The notes beneath the pieces were generated by a model. It saw only the letters and a list, made by a program, of their open reading frames with translations, made no database searches and was not told where the DNA came from. From Desulfobaccales bacterium (GTDB taxonomy: Bacteria > Desulfobacterota > Desulfobaccia > Desulfobaccales > 0-14-0-80-60-11), in NCBI GenBank assembly GCA_049288295.1, contig JBAQHL010000039.1, positions 1 through 26,732 on the forward strand: DNA of 26,732 bases. Direction: 5' to 3'. Positions 26,045 to 26,732 of this stretch are shown piece by piece (position 1 is the first letter of the stretch; every line of letters starts with the position of its first letter). A program made the position numbers and the translations under genes.

Positions 26045-26732
26045 GTGCATATCATGGGGCATCGGGGCGCGGCGGCCTACGAGCCGGAGAACACCCTGCT
26101 CAGCATCCGCACCGCCCTGGCCATGGGGGTGGCTGCGGTGGAGGTGGACGTTCAGCTTACCAGGGACGGCGAGTTGGCGGTGATCCACGATGCCACGGTG
26201 GACCGCACCACCGATGGCAGCGGCGTAGTCAAGGATTTCACCCTGGCGGAACTAAAAAAACTCAATGCCGGCAAGGGTGAGGCCATCCCCTCCCTGGCCG
26301 AAGTGGTGGAGGAGGTCTCAGGCAAGGCCCACCTCATCGTGGAGGTGAAGCACCCGGAGGCCGCGCCGGCCCTGCTGCGGTTTTTTCAGGGCCGGGACAT
26401 TTTTGCCCAAACCCACGTCATTTCCTTCTGGCATCCGGTGGTCAAGGCCTTAAAGGAAGCAGAACCCCGCTTGCGCACCGGCGTCCTCCTGGTGGGCTGC
26501 CCCGCCGATCCGGCGGGCCTGGCGAAGGCGGCCCTGGCTGAGGCCCTGATTCTCCATTACGGCTATGTCACTCCGGACCTGGTGAAGGCCGCCCATGCCG
26601 CCGGGCTCCTGGTTTATATCTGGAATATCGACGACGTGGTGACGCTTAAGCCCTATCTGGCCATGAACCTGGATGGCATCGGCAGCAACTGCCCGGACGT
26701 CCTGGTGGACTATATTAAGACTGCTTCGAAGG
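26045..26732 (+). CDS. Glycerophosphodiester phosphodiesterase (partial, runs off the window)
   Basis: Hand translation MHIMGHRGAAAYEPENTL...VEVDVQLTRDGELAVIHDATVDRTT; AAGGAG SD; no stop before the window end. Confidence 0.93.
   Translation, partial: MHIMGHRGAAAYEPENTLLSIRTALAMGVAAVEVDVQLTRDGELAVIHDATVDRTTDGSGVVKDFTLAELKKLNAGKGEAIPSLAEVVEEVSGKAHLIVEVKHPEAAPALLRFFQGRDIFAQTHVISFWHPVVKALKEAEPRLRTGVLLVGCPADPAGLAKAALAEALILHYGYVTPDLVKAAHAAGLLVYIWNIDDVVTLKPYLAMNLDGIGSNCPDVLVDYIKTASK

Overview
Chromosomal window of a GC-rich bacterium; gene content and intergenic repeats suggest Desulfobacterota (inference). Most genes are housekeeping: pabA-pabB-pabC, proC, pdxA, guaA, holB-ricT, a Nit1-like amidase, lpxC, mtaB, mnmA, a HIT hydrolase, two metallophosphoesterases, PilZ, an orphan ParA, EamA and a GDPD. 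The unexplained signals are mostly small or intergenic: (1) two tandem ~52-aa paralogous microproteins ending in HPGHACG, upstream of an atypical metallophosphoesterase; (2) a sigma54-driven Zn-ribbon gene followed by a ~180-nt structured RNA candidate; (3) four sigma54 -24/-12 promoters; (4) a terminator-containing leader directly before pabA; (5) a stand-alone promoter-terminator unit with a Rex-like box; (6) a 25-aa hydrophobic ORF; (7) two copies of a ~125-bp MITE and a REP cassette flanked by inverted heptamer arrays. No rRNA, tRNA, CRISPR array or transposase was seen. All calls were made by eye, without database searches.
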